A stretch of DNA of 64,000 nucleotides, taken from IMG/VR virus record IMGVR_UViG_3300037042_006844, positions 186,001 to 250,000 of that record. One strand, given 5' to 3'. The notes under the pieces are model-generated. The model searched no databases and had not been told where the DNA came from. It was given only the letters and a program-made list of their open reading frames with translations. Of the stretch, positions 39,997 through 50,396 are shown piece by piece. The translations under genes were made by a program, and so were the position numbers. Every line of letters starts with the position of its first letter. The stretch's first letter is position 1.

Positions 39997-41112
39997 TCCA
40001 TAGATATCCTCATCCAATCCCTTTGTCAACGACCAAATTCCAAATTTGTCCAGCACAGCCTGCATGTCATTTTCAGCCTCAAAAATGCCAATGATCTCGT
40101 CCAATCTTCCTTCGTAGTTGCCGAAAAATTCAAACTCCTCTGGTTTTTTAAGAGCATACAACATTTGTCGCATTAGCAACAAACGGCGATACATTTCAAC
40201 TATTTCCCGATATCCGTAATCGAATTGTCGGACGTGCCGCATATACGCAACATAGCTGGAATTTTCATCCCACACGCCATCGGTTGGTTTCCACAGTCTG
40301 TTGCCCAACATGCTGGACAACGATCCAACGTGGAAATCCAGAGACGTATCCAAAATTTGTGGTATAAGCGCGTTATCTTCCAGTCTGCTATGATACAACT
40401 CATGTAGCATTTTAACACGTTTCACTTCTGGATTTTGATACAACTCCATAGAAAATCCAACCATTGTATCACCATTACAATCCTCTGTCAATACAGTCTC
40501 GGAATCTCCCAGTTTCAACGTCGTTCCCACAGGCCATGCTCTGGCACAAAAATTACGGCTTGAATTGAAAAAATGCTTTTTCTTGGTCAATAAAAGCGTG
40601 GGCCAGAAATTGAGTGTATATTCCTCTTTTCTCAGTTTGGCATTAAGATAAAAATCAGGCTTACTATAAACATATTGTCGAATGAGTTCTGCCATATATG
40701 GAGTGCAAGAGCCTCTTGGGCACCCCAAAACGTCATAGTTCTCATCAAAATACTCTTTGATTTCGATTTCAAGCAATGCGGGATTCAGCACATAGTCGTC
40801 CTCCTCCATCAACAAAATATTTTCTTTGATGTCGGGTTCAAACCTAGTTAACAAACTGTCAATATTATGACCATGCTGTCCAAGCGCATAGTTGTAATGG
40901 TTCTGCACATTTGGTAGTCGATTTAGCTGCCGCCCAATGTAATTTTTAATAAACAAAAACTCCATTGGATTAAGCTTGCCCATGCAGTCAATCGCAATAT
41001 AGGTGTTGTTGACCAGATGGCTATATTTGCTATAGTTTTGTAGCCAGAACTGCATTATCAATGGCTCACCGGTTGCAGGAAGCAATAGTGAAATTTCTCT
41101 GTTGGTGCTCAT
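39949..41112 (-). CDS. GT-A-like glycosyltransferase (paralog set A; C-terminal STTPTLKG* from IS right end)
   Basis: HGHNID, MEEDDY, FWPT, GDTMVGFS, HVGSL. Confidence 0.7.
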   Translation of the reverse strand: MSTNREISLLLPATGEPLIMQFWLQNYSKYSHLVNNTYIAIDCMGKLNPMEFLFIKNYIGRQLNRLPNVQNHYNYALGQHGHNIDSLLTRFEPDIKENILLMEEDDYVLNPALLEIEIKEYFDENYDVLGCPRGSCTPYMAELIRQYVYSKPDFYLNAKLRKEEYTLNFWPTLLLTKKKHFFNSSRNFCARAWPVGTTLKLGDSETVLTEDCNGDTMVGFSMELYQNPEVKRVKMLHELYHSRLEDNALIPQILDTSLDFHVGSLSSMLGNRLWKPTDGVWDENSSYVAYMRHVRQFDYGYREIVEMYRRLLLMRQMLYALKKPEEFEFFGNYEGRLDEIIGIFEAENDMQAVLDKFGIWSLTKGLDEDIYGTVCKRLVSTTPTLKG

Positions 41113-42104
41113 ATAAGATTTGCTAGAAATGATTTTATCGACATAAACTCATCGTCGAAATTACTAATGGTGTTAAACTTTTTTACAACGTAATTACTAA
41201 TTTCGTCGTAATTTTCCGTCATATCTCGGATCATACCCTCTACTTCGGTAATGGTTTTCCCATTTACATCAATGATGGTTTTGCCGTCCTCAAACATCAA
41301 AGATGCTGTATTTCCAATCCACCCATTCCAATCCACTCCCATATGACTGCTATCAGTGATAACAGGTTTGCCACAAGCAAAAGCGTTGTGCATGTTGTGT
41401 CCGTAACCTTCGTCCACGATTTTGCAATGAAACAAAAATCCTAAATTGGTGATATGCTGGCTCATTTCATCCTCGCCGTTTGGAATGAACCCGTCGCGGT
41501 TTCCCGCGCCATGAGCATAGAACTTGTAATCTGGCATGTTTTTTTCAAGTCCAAAAAACAATTCTGGCATCTGCATAAAATGTTGTAAATTCCCAATACT
41601 TTTACGATCACAGTCCAATTTTTGTTTGAATTTGGTGGTGTCAAACTCCTGATGATAAAACACTTTGTTTTTGCATGGATACTGCACATAGCAGGGCCAT
41701 GAGCTTGACAATATATTTTCGAACTTAACGGGCTGTGCCCAAAGAGGAATATTATTACCAATTTGAAAAATTAACTTGGCTTTGAGATTGTATTGCTTGA
41801 TCAGAGTTTGCCACGAAATATAGTTCTCCAACAATGTGCATACTATGATGTCATAATGATTGTTTTTTAGTTTCTCATACGTCCCCGGTTTTAGATCAGG
41901 AAGGTATTTGTGAAAATATGCATTATTGAACTCTGGAATGACTGTGTATGTGCCTACCATTGGTGCATAAGAACTATACACCGACCCATCGTAATACCAA
42001 TCCCAACCAAACGGTATGTCGAGGTTATGCCCCAATCGCTCTCTAAACAGCATATAGATGGATCGGAGCAATGAGATATGGTGGTAATCTGCTAAAACAT
42101 TCAT
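41109..42104 (-). CDS. GT-B glycosyltransferase (paralog set B)
   Basis: DYHH.SL, FYHQEFD, EGYGH, AFACGKPVI. Confidence 0.75.
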   Translation of the reverse strand: MNVLADYHHISLLRSIYMLFRERLGHNLDIPFGWDWYYDGSVYSSYAPMVGTYTVIPEFNNAYFHKYLPDLKPGTYEKLKNNHYDIIVCTLLENYISWQTLIKQYNLKAKLIFQIGNNIPLWAQPVKFENILSSSWPCYVQYPCKNKVFYHQEFDTTKFKQKLDCDRKSIGNLQHFMQMPELFFGLEKNMPDYKFYAHGAGNRDGFIPNGEDEMSQHITNLGFLFHCKIVDEGYGHNMHNAFACGKPVITDSSHMGVDWNGWIGNTASLMFEDGKTIIDVNGKTITEVEGMIRDMTENYDEISNYVVKKFNTISNFDDEFMSIKSFLANLI

Positions 42105-43258
42105 ATTAGTCTTTCAATAAATACACGAACCTTTTGGTATTCGGCATCAAAATCAACAACTTCTTTGAATTTATTCCGCGCGTTTTCCTGTAACACAGGA
42201 TAGTTATCGGCGCACCATTTGAGTCGATCCACGAGCGCATCGTAGTTATATCGGCTCCAATCCACGAATGCGGGCTTGTCATGATAGTTCTCAGTGTCCA
42301 ACAGCAATTGTGATGTGAACCATTCTTCTGGATTACCGCCACTGCACATGTGGGTGCTGTCTGTGATTAAAATTGACCCCACAGCATACGTTTGATGCAC
42401 ATTGTAGCCATAACCATCCCCAACAGGTTTAACGTGGTATATGAACCCAGATTCATTCATAACTCTGGCTATATCATAATCCGTTTTCAATTCACCATCT
42501 CGGTTGGCAACGCCATATGCTTTAACCGTCCAATCTGGCAATCTGCGTTCAAGCTCATATAAACCGCCAAGAGTATTGCAACCATGCCGAATGTTGCTGA
42601 TACTTTTGATGTCTTTGATACTATTGTCATTTTTGAAAATGTTTAGATCAAACTCGGGGTGGAAAAACACCATGTTACATTTTTTGCCACTGCGGCGATT
42701 CTGAAACACTTTGTGCATTCCTTTATACAAATCTCGCTTGGAAAACTTTTTGTAAAGAGAATTCATTGTCCAGCCATGCATATCTTCCCCAGAAATGAAC
42801 GTGTATGTGGTCGAATTCAAAAAATTGGGAACATTGATAGGAATGTGTCCCCAGTTGTTTCCTGCCTCAAAAATGAATTTGGCTTGCGGCTGATGATCTT
42901 TCAACAGCTTCATATACACCGGAATGTGTGCTGGAACCGTTGAAATGATGATGTCAAACTTGGTCTTGCAAAACGTATTGAAATCGATGCCCTTGTATGG
43001 AAGTTTGCCGTCATTGGTGTCCACCAAAATCGTTCCGTCTTGACGATCAGTTATCTTTTGTAAACTATCGTCAACAAACATGTTGATCAAAAATTGCTGT
43101 GCCACAGCATCTTTGTTGGCATCCACAACGCCCCAATAACCTTGTTTGTAATAATCAAGTCCCCAAGGAACATACAATTCGCCACCCATTCGTCGTTCGA
43201 ACAGATGGCACATTGAATTTACTAGGTCTCGATGATGAAAATCACAAAATATTTTCAT
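42101..43258 (-). CDS. GT-B glycosyltransferase (paralog set B)
   Basis: DFHH, FFHPEFD, DGYGY. Confidence 0.75.
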   Translation of the reverse strand: MKIFCDFHHRDLVNSMCHLFERRMGGELYVPWGLDYYKQGYWGVVDANKDAVAQQFLINMFVDDSLQKITDRQDGTILVDTNDGKLPYKGIDFNTFCKTKFDIIISTVPAHIPVYMKLLKDHQPQAKFIFEAGNNWGHIPINVPNFLNSTTYTFISGEDMHGWTMNSLYKKFSKRDLYKGMHKVFQNRRSGKKCNMVFFHPEFDLNIFKNDNSIKDIKSISNIRHGCNTLGGLYELERRLPDWTVKAYGVANRDGELKTDYDIARVMNESGFIYHVKPVGDGYGYNVHQTYAVGSILITDSTHMCSGGNPEEWFTSQLLLDTENYHDKPAFVDWSRYNYDALVDRLKWCADNYPVLQENARNKFKEVVDFDAEYQKVRVFIERLI

Positions 43259-44292
43259 AGAGTATCCAAAAACGATTTCCATTGGGGTTTGATAACATCT
43301 ACCCCAAAAAGCTCGACCGCCGCTTTCTTTCCATTTTCACTGATGCGCTTGCGCAAAGGCACATTGACCATAACTTCGCGAATGCACTCTTTGAGTTCTT
43401 TGATGTTGTTGCAGCAAAACCCAGTTTCTCCGTGCTTAATGAGACTATTCACTTCGTATGGAAATTTGCCAACTTTGCCCGCCAACTCATCCCCCAACGC
43501 GATTACTGGAATGCCGCTCATCCACGCCTCAATGAAATTGAGAGTGTAGGATGCAGGCCATGTTCCGCTGTAAAAATACGCTTTGTTTTTACTCAACTCA
43601 ATCAATTGTGATGCGTAATCAATTTCACCATAACTCATCGGTGCTTCAGCGTTTCCCGGTCCAAACAATTTGAAATTGTAATCCTTGGCAACATTGCGAA
43701 TCAAATCATAACGGCAATGATCTCCTCTACCAATAACGTTTTGCCCAAACGACATCACATAGTTTTGATCTCCGACATATGGTAGATAATCGGATTCATA
43801 CTTGGCAAAACGAATGATGGTATCCTCGCCGACATAATGCGCAAGACTGCGTTCTTTTGGACTATACCGAATGATTTTCAAGCCTTGCTCTCGATATCGC
43901 AACATTTTTGCTTCGACATCTGGGGTTGACTGACCAATCGTTCTCCAAATAACAGTTTTGTGTTTGATCCGTTCCCAGTTTTGCTCAATGAAACGTGGCA
44001 AATGCATGATCATGATAATATCAAACGCATCAATCATGGCATCTGTGAGCAGATTGTTGTATTGCTCGGGCTTTACATCTGGATTATTACTATTGACATG
44101 ACACATCTCATAGAACTTCTGAAGATAGTCAGACTTGTCGGGAATGTCTAGTGGTGGTCTACGATTCACCACAGGAGTTCTTGGACGATGATATGCGTCA
44201 TTTGTAAACACATCATAACCCAATTCGTTGAGAACACGAAGTTCGTCGTATTCCAAAACACAGTGACATGACAGATATAGGAGTTTTTTCAT
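43255..44292 (-). CDS. GT-B glycosyltransferase
   Basis: YTLNFIEAWMSGIPVI, HGETGF. Confidence 0.8.
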   Translation of the reverse strand: MKKLLYLSCHCVLEYDELRVLNELGYDVFTNDAYHRPRTPVVNRRPPLDIPDKSDYLQKFYEMCHVNSNNPDVKPEQYNNLLTDAMIDAFDIIMIMHLPRFIEQNWERIKHKTVIWRTIGQSTPDVEAKMLRYREQGLKIIRYSPKERSLAHYVGEDTIIRFAKYESDYLPYVGDQNYVMSFGQNVIGRGDHCRYDLIRNVAKDYNFKLFGPGNAEAPMSYGEIDYASQLIELSKNKAYFYSGTWPASYTLNFIEAWMSGIPVIALGDELAGKVGKFPYEVNSLIKHGETGFCCNNIKELKECIREVMVNVPLRKRISENGKKAAVELFGVDVIKPQWKSFLDTL

Positions 44293-44293
44293 T

Positions 44294-44719
44294 TTATAAA
44301 CAAGAAAGGCTGGGATGTTCACACACTTGGAAAAAGCACAGTCCCAATTGGCGGGTGTCGTTTTCTGGCATGTATGCATCCGTTTCAACCGTCAGTGAAG
44401 TTGTAGCGTTGCAATTAACAATAAAAGTGTATGGTTTGTTTGGTGTCAATTTTTGTTTGAAGTCAACTTTTCCATTATATATATGCACCTCACGACCAAT
44501 GGGACACACAACTCTGAATCGAATCGCAGAAATGTTTTCGAATTCGATCACCGTCTTTGGATGCGCCCATCGAAACTTGTTTCCGTCGATATCTTTCTCA
44601 ACTTCGTGCCAATTGCCGCCGATCAACGTCAGTGTGCTGGCACTATTAAAAGCTTTCATCGAGAATATGCCCTTGATTCGATTCCAAAACGATTGATTGA
44701 TTATAATTGCGTCATCCAT
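44294..44719 (-). CDS. Small beta-sandwich protein, paralog of 46158-46601
   Basis: W..E...FRW.HP...P.GREV...DTR.LGL.F. Confidence 0.7.
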   Translation of the reverse strand: MDDAIIINQSFWNRIKGIFSMKAFNSASTLTLIGGNWHEVEKDIDGNKFRWAHPKTVIEFENISAIRFRVVCPIGREVHIYNGKVDFKQKLTPNKPYTFIVNCNATTSLTVETDAYMPENDTRQLGLCFFQVCEHPSLSCL

Positions 44720-44724
44720 AAAAT

Positions 44725-46143
44725 TTATTTAACTTTTTGTTCCATCAACATATATGCGTGTTCCAAATCAGGATATGCCCATTCTTGGTCACTGGTATAA
44801 TTCGAACTGAACGATTCCATACCTTGAATACTACCCAAAGTATATTTCACCAAACCAGGATGGCTGATTCCAAGAAAATCGATCTGCCCACTATATCCAG
44901 TGGCAATCACGTCTTTTTTCAGTTTATACGCTTCAAAAATCGTCAAACCGAATCCTTCACTTTTTGTCAAACTAACATAACAATCGCCAAAACCGTGCAA
45001 GCTCAACATTTCACGTTCGTTTAGATTCATCAACAATAGATGAATACTCTTTCCCAGCTTGTTTGTCAATAGTTTAATTTTATTGACGATGTAGTTGATG
45101 TTCGTTATTGTATAATCTTTGTAATGCACTTTAAGCAACAATTGAGTATTTGGATACTTGTCGTTTAGTTTATCAAATACTTTGACCAATTCTTCGATAC
45201 TCTTGCGTGCAGTCAACTCTCCAATGCTGTAAAACGTGTATTTTGTTTTGCTTATTTCTGTTCCGAAACAATCGGTGATGTTGATCGATCTTTTGTCGGG
45301 CAGTCGTTGATCAAACCATACGTGCGGCACCACTCGAATGTTGTTTTTGATTCCGCAGTTTTTGAACACCGTTTTGTTGTAAGTTGAAGGAACCCATACT
45401 TCTGGTAAAAGGTTGATGTAGTCCGCCCATTTAGCAGGTAATTTGCTGCTTTCCCAAGCACAATACCCCACCACACGTTTGTATTTGCTGCATTCATAGG
45501 TCCGAATGTATTCTGGCCACAGATCGGGTGTAGAATGAATAGTGATTTGGTCTTTACCTGGCAACAAACGATTGATTGCGCTCTCTGCAAGTGCGTTGAT
45601 ATAGTTAGTGGTATCAAGTTTGCTGCTGTCAAATTTCAGCGGATGCCAACTAACGGGAACACCCTTGGTGACATATTCGGCAACATAGCCTTTTGCAGCG
45701 GTTGCATAGCCGGAGGTTCCATATTGCCCAACATAATACACGCTGTCAATCGTATCCAATTCGATGCTGGATCGATTGAACAGCTTGATCATCGATATCT
45801 TTTTGAGCGTTTCTTTACGTGGAAAATCGTATTTTGGATAGACAACGATATTGCAAAATATTTTCTCTTTTTCAAAAACATTGAGTGTGCGATTTACAAT
45901 GAATTTGAGAAACTTACTTTCTTCAAAACTGCTATTGACGAACACAAACGTTTTACCCAGCTTTTTGATAAGTTCATTGTAAATGCCGATACCATTTAAC
46001 GCCTCCATGTCATCAATCAAATAAATCTCGACATCTTTTTCAGATTGCAGATTCTCAAGCAAATTTTTGTCTTTGGAGATCAATACCAAAGAAGTCATTC
46101 GCTCTCTAAGAAAATCAATTTGATTTTGATTGAAACGTTCCAT
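44725..46143 (-). CDS. GT-B (GT4-like) glycosyltransferase with N-terminal extension
   Basis: QYGTSGYATAAKG, WVPS, RK, SEGFGL. Confidence 0.85.
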   Translation of the reverse strand: MERFNQNQIDFLRERMTSLVLISKDKNLLENLQSEKDVEIYLIDDMEALNGIGIYNELIKKLGKTFVFVNSSFEESKFLKFIVNRTLNVFEKEKIFCNIVVYPKYDFPRKETLKKISMIKLFNRSSIELDTIDSVYYVGQYGTSGYATAAKGYVAEYVTKGVPVSWHPLKFDSSKLDTTNYINALAESAINRLLPGKDQITIHSTPDLWPEYIRTYECSKYKRVVGYCAWESSKLPAKWADYINLLPEVWVPSTYNKTVFKNCGIKNNIRVVPHVWFDQRLPDKRSINITDCFGTEISKTKYTFYSIGELTARKSIEELVKVFDKLNDKYPNTQLLLKVHYKDYTITNINYIVNKIKLLTNKLGKSIHLLLMNLNEREMLSLHGFGDCYVSLTKSEGFGLTIFEAYKLKKDVIATGYSGQIDFLGISHPGLVKYTLGSIQGMESFSSNYTSDQEWAYPDLEHAYMLMEQKVK

Positions 46144-46157
46144 TGCGTATTGTTATA

Positions 46158-46601
46158 CTAGTTCAAAACCATGCACGGTGTTGTGGTGATATAAACGAAC
46201 TGCAATCCAAGGGAGCGAGTGTCACTCTCTGGGTTGAAAGGTTCGGTTCGAAATACCACTTCTTCAGCATCATTCACACTCAACACAATATCATAGAACT
46301 CACCCGGTTCCAATTTAACAGTATGGTTTACTTCCTTGGTGGTGATGTTGACCTCTCTTCCCAGAGGGTCCATGATGCGCACCGCCAGTGTTTCCAAATT
46401 TTGAATGTTTAACTTGGCTACAGGATGTGACCAACGAAATGGAGCATCAACAGCTTGTTCCAAACCAAACCAAGTATCGGGGTTGCGTTCCAGCTTTCGT
46501 TCATTTTTAATGAACGAGATTTTACGAAAAAGCCGCTTCACTTGTGCCATAGGCTTGAGGTAGAACGGTTGTCTAATTATAATAGTTTTGGTGTTCTGCA
46601 T
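46158..46601 (-). CDS. Small beta-sandwich protein, paralog of 44294-44719
   Basis: WFGLE...FRWSHP...PLGREV...DTRSLGLQF. Confidence 0.7.
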   Translation of the reverse strand: MQNTKTIIIRQPFYLKPMAQVKRLFRKISFIKNERKLERNPDTWFGLEQAVDAPFRWSHPVAKLNIQNLETLAVRIMDPLGREVNITTKEVNHTVKLEPGEFYDIVLSVNDAEEVVFRTEPFNPESDTRSLGLQFVYITTTPCMVLN

Positions 46602-46698
46602 AGCAAATATCTTCTATCCTACCATAACTAGGCGACAATGCAAGAGTGTTGTTAATTATATTTTAGTCGAACGCAGTTCTGTTGATATTTAAGATTAT

Positions 46699-48075
46699 AT
46701 GGTAAAACTGATTGTTTTCGATTTGGATGGTGTGCTGGTGTCCACTAAAAAGTTACATTACGATGCTTTCAACAAAGCATTGGCTGAGATCGACCCCAAA
46801 TACGTTATTACAGTCGAGGAGCATTTGTCTAAATATGATGGTCTGAGCACACGAAAAAAGCTGGATCTTCTTTCCAAAGAAAAAGGATTGAGCTATATGC
46901 TGCATCAAAACGTGTGGCTCATGAAGCAATCATATACTACTCAACTGCTGACAGAGCTTAAACCAGACAGTCGTATCATAGAGGTTCTTCAACTGCTTAA
47001 AAAACACAGATACACCATTGCAGTGGCAAGCAATAGCATCCGTGAGACCGTCAAAATCACATTGTTGCGACTTGGGTTTTTGGAATACATCGATTTCTTT
47101 CTCAGCAATGAGGATGTGAAATATCCAAAACCAAGTCCAGAGATTTATCTTCGGTCCATGATTCAAGCGGGGTCCAGCCCAAAAGAGACCCTCATTATAG
47201 AAGATAGTGTTATTGGTCGTAACGCTGCCAATGATAGCGGAGGACATCTAATGGGAGTGAACGATCCGTCCGAAGTGACATATGATGCCATCAAAAACTT
47301 TATAGAAAGTATCGATACTAGTAATAGTAAACAACCAAAATGGCAAGGAGGAAAAATGAATGTTTTGATACCAATGGCAGGAGCAGGAAGCAGATTTGAA
47401 AAAGCGGGATATACATTTCCAAAACCGTTAATTGACGTTCGGGGCAAGCCAATGATTCAGTTGGTCGTGGAAAATCTGAACGTTGATGCTCGATACATTT
47501 TTATAGTTAGAAAAGACCACTATGAAAAATACAATCTCCAAGAAACGTTGTCCAATTTCTGTCCCAACAACACAATCATTCAAGTCGATCATCTCACAGA
47601 AGGAGCGGCTTGCACTACGCTGCTCGCCAAACAGTTTATTGATAATGAAGAGCCATTGATTATCGCCAATAGTGATCAATTTGTTGAATGGAACAGCGAC
47701 GAGTTTATGTATGCTTGTGGTGCCGGTGATTTGGACGGCAATATACTTTCGTTTGAGTCCACACATCCAAAGTGGAGTTATGCGCGGCTTAACGACTGCG
47801 GGTATGTAACCGAAATTGCCGAAAAGAAACCCATAAGCAATGTCGCCACAGTAGGTATTTATTATTGGCGACGGGGCAGTGATTATGTAAAATATGCCGA
47901 GCAAATGATATCAAAAAACGTTCGTGTCGACAATGAGTTCTATGTGGCACCCGTCTACAATGAAGCCATTGAAGCTGGCAAAAAAATCAAAGTGTTCAAC
48001 ATTGAAAAAATGTGGGGACTTGGAACTCCAGAAGACCTCTCTCATTTTTTAGAAAATTACAAAAATAGTTATTGA
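46699..48075 (+). CDS. HAD phosphatase fused to nucleotidyltransferase (GlmU/RmlA-like)
   Basis: FDLDGVL, KPSP, IEDS; then IPMAGAGSRF, PKPLI, EKKPIS, LGTPEDL. Confidence 0.9.
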   Translation: MVKLIVFDLDGVLVSTKKLHYDAFNKALAEIDPKYVITVEEHLSKYDGLSTRKKLDLLSKEKGLSYMLHQNVWLMKQSYTTQLLTELKPDSRIIEVLQLLKKHRYTIAVASNSIRETVKITLLRLGFLEYIDFFLSNEDVKYPKPSPEIYLRSMIQAGSSPKETLIIEDSVIGRNAANDSGGHLMGVNDPSEVTYDAIKNFIESIDTSNSKQPKWQGGKMNVLIPMAGAGSRFEKAGYTFPKPLIDVRGKPMIQLVVENLNVDARYIFIVRKDHYEKYNLQETLSNFCPNNTIIQVDHLTEGAACTTLLAKQFIDNEEPLIIANSDQFVEWNSDEFMYACGAGDLDGNILSFESTHPKWSYARLNDCGYVTEIAEKKPISNVATVGIYYWRRGSDYVKYAEQMISKNVRVDNEFYVAPVYNEAIEAGKKIKVFNIEKMWGLGTPEDLSHFLENYKNSY

Positions 48076-48076
48076 T

Positions 48077-48400
48077 ATGCATGTTTTCGATCTCAAAAGT
48101 TTTGTGGGCGGATGGTTTGTTGGAAATTTCGATCCGTCCATAATTAACACTAAAAATGTTGAAATCGCCATTAAACACTATGTGGCGGGGCAAAATGAAA
48201 CGTCACATTATCATGCAATCGCAGACGAAATTACTGTGATTGTTAGTGGTGCCGCCAAAATGAACGGACTAACATATCATACTGGCGATGTGATTCATAT
48301 TCAACCAGGAGAGTCTACAGATTTTGTTCCGTTGACAGATACAACCACATGTGTAGTAAAAATGCCGTCGGTAATAGGTGATAAATATACAAAGAACTGA
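48077..48400 (+). CDS. Cupin-fold protein
   Basis: GWFVGNF, HYH...E.T...G cupin motif. Confidence 0.8.
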   Translation: MHVFDLKSFVGGWFVGNFDPSIINTKNVEIAIKHYVAGQNETSHYHAIADEITVIVSGAAKMNGLTYHTGDVIHIQPGESTDFVPLTDTTTCVVKMPSVIGDKYTKN

Positions 48401-48402
48401 TT

Positions 48403-49077
48403 ATGTTTATTATACCATGCAAATATGCTGCGGGAAATTCACATCACAAACATCCCGTGTCACGCATCGTTCCATTGGTTGAATCCATTGCCAAATTTCA
48501 TCCCAATGAAAAAGTAATGGTGGCGGATTCAAACTCACCAGACCTGTCATATGTTGAAACAATACAGCACAGCAATCCGAATGTAGTAATGCGTTACAAC
48601 AACAACCATTTTATAGACTCGGCGGTGTGGACTGGATTTTTTGATTTTCCAGATGAAAAGTTTTTCTATGTCATACACGACAACGTCGAAATACATAAAA
48701 GCTTGGAGCCGTTCAGACAATTTGAATTCACATCGTTTATGACGTTTCCCCTTCATTACGGAGACGAAAGTTTGCGGCTCCACGCACAGAGTGTAATTGC
48801 AAAAACCAAATTCAAATACAATGAGCAGGTTCCTGGTTTAGCCGGGATACAGTTTTTATGCAATCGCTCAGTTTTGCAAAAACTATATGAAAGAGGTTTG
48901 CACTTAAACACACCCGACAACAAAATAGAAAGCGATAATAGCGAACGCATATGGGCAATATGTCTGGCGGACATTGGGATCGACATCACCAAATCGTCTA
49001 TCTACGGTCCAATGACTGCGTTCAATCCTCCTTTCAAATCTGAATACCTCACAAAATATTTATCATCCAGGCCATGA
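48403..49077 (+). CDS. Putative glycosyltransferase
   Basis: VADSNS, VIHD, ERIW. Confidence 0.55.
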   Translation: MFIIPCKYAAGNSHHKHPVSRIVPLVESIAKFHPNEKVMVADSNSPDLSYVETIQHSNPNVVMRYNNNHFIDSAVWTGFFDFPDEKFFYVIHDNVEIHKSLEPFRQFEFTSFMTFPLHYGDESLRLHAQSVIAKTKFKYNEQVPGLAGIQFLCNRSVLQKLYERGLHLNTPDNKIESDNSERIWAICLADIGIDITKSSIYGPMTAFNPPFKSEYLTKYLSSRP

Positions 49078-49892
49078 AAATAAGATTTTACATCGTCACT
49101 TACAAAAATCCAACGGTTTTGAACGATTGGATTTTGGCATCACTATACAATTCGGAGTATGACCGAGAGAACGTTGAAATTTATATCATAAATAACCATA
49201 GCCAATTTTTCATTGAGGACAAATATAAGCCTATGGTCACAGTGCTGCACAACACGTTGCGACCAGATTTCTCAACTGGGCATTTAGCTAGAAACCATAA
49301 TCACGCCATCATCAATGGGTTTGAAACTCTACAACCAGGCCATGAAAAATGTGACGCAGTGATTTCGTGCCAAAACGACACCAAAGTTTTGCCAAACTGG
49401 GAAGAAACTGTCAAAACACTGCTAAAAACATACACATACGCTTCGTTTGGCACTGGGGATCAATTTCAAATCTTTACGCCAGAAGGCATACGAACCACTG
49501 GGATATATGATGAACGATTCTGTAACATTGGGTATCAAGAAGCAGATTACTTCTTGCGAAGCTATATCTACAATCGAGACAAATCCAGTATAAATGATCA
49601 CGCTCATGCCAGATTGTGGAACACGTCTGATCTATGTCCAATCGAAAATACTGTGGCGGGTTGGTGGAGAGAAGGGGAATCGAGGGACATTCATGGCGCG
49701 TCATATCATTTTCATGAATATTCTCGCACAGTATTTATACGTAAATGGGGGATTCCATCTGAAGGGTGGATCATCGACGAACTTGACAAGGCTCCAAACC
49801 CATCTCTTATACCAAATTTCGTTACGTATCCATACTTTGAACAATACGTAGACAAACTTCGTGAGAAAAACTATGTATACGGACCAGCATGA
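49074..49892 (+). CDS. GT2-like glycosyltransferase
   Basis: IVTYK, QNDT, GIYDERF, EADYFLR. Confidence 0.75.
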   Translation: MKIRFYIVTYKNPTVLNDWILASLYNSEYDRENVEIYIINNHSQFFIEDKYKPMVTVLHNTLRPDFSTGHLARNHNHAIINGFETLQPGHEKCDAVISCQNDTKVLPNWEETVKTLLKTYTYASFGTGDQFQIFTPEGIRTTGIYDERFCNIGYQEADYFLRSYIYNRDKSSINDHAHARLWNTSDLCPIENTVAGWWREGESRDIHGASYHFHEYSRTVFIRKWGIPSEGWIIDELDKAPNPSLIPNFVTYPYFEQYVDKLREKNYVYGPA

Positions 49893-50344
49893 AATTCATT
49901 AGTCATAGAGGTAATATCGACGGTAGAAACAAACAAACTGAGAATCACCCAGATCAGATTCTCAAAGCAATTTCGCTTGGCTATGATGTTGAAATCGATA
50001 TTTGGGATGTTGACTGTAAACTGTGGTTGGGGCATGATGGTCCAGAATACGAAACTAACGTGACATTTTTATTAGAACATCATCAAAAGTTGTTGATCCA
50101 TTGCAAAAATGATGCTGCGTTGTTCAAACTGCATAGTGTTTCGGAACTAAACATTTTTACTCATGCCGACGATCCATTTACAATTTCCAGCAAAAACAAC
50201 CTTTTAATTCACCCGCACACAAAAACAGCACGTAGATGCGGAATTTTGATCATGCCTGAGATGTCCACCTATACTGTGGATGAAATTTTGCAATTTGATG
50301 GAATAGTCAGTGATAACATAGATTTTTATGAAAATCATTTATGA
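49889..50344 (+). CDS. Glycerophosphodiester phosphodiesterase-like (PLC-like) protein
   Basis: ISHRGN, EN, VEID, LGHD, HCKN, GIVSD. Confidence 0.8.
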   Translation: MKFISHRGNIDGRNKQTENHPDQILKAISLGYDVEIDIWDVDCKLWLGHDGPEYETNVTFLLEHHQKLLIHCKNDAALFKLHSVSELNIFTHADDPFTISSKNNLLIHPHTKTARRCGILIMPEMSTYTVDEILQFDGIVSDNIDFYENHL

Positions 50345-50396
50345 CTTAAAAATTGCCTATAGCACATCGATGAATTAACTGGTTTTAATGACATGT

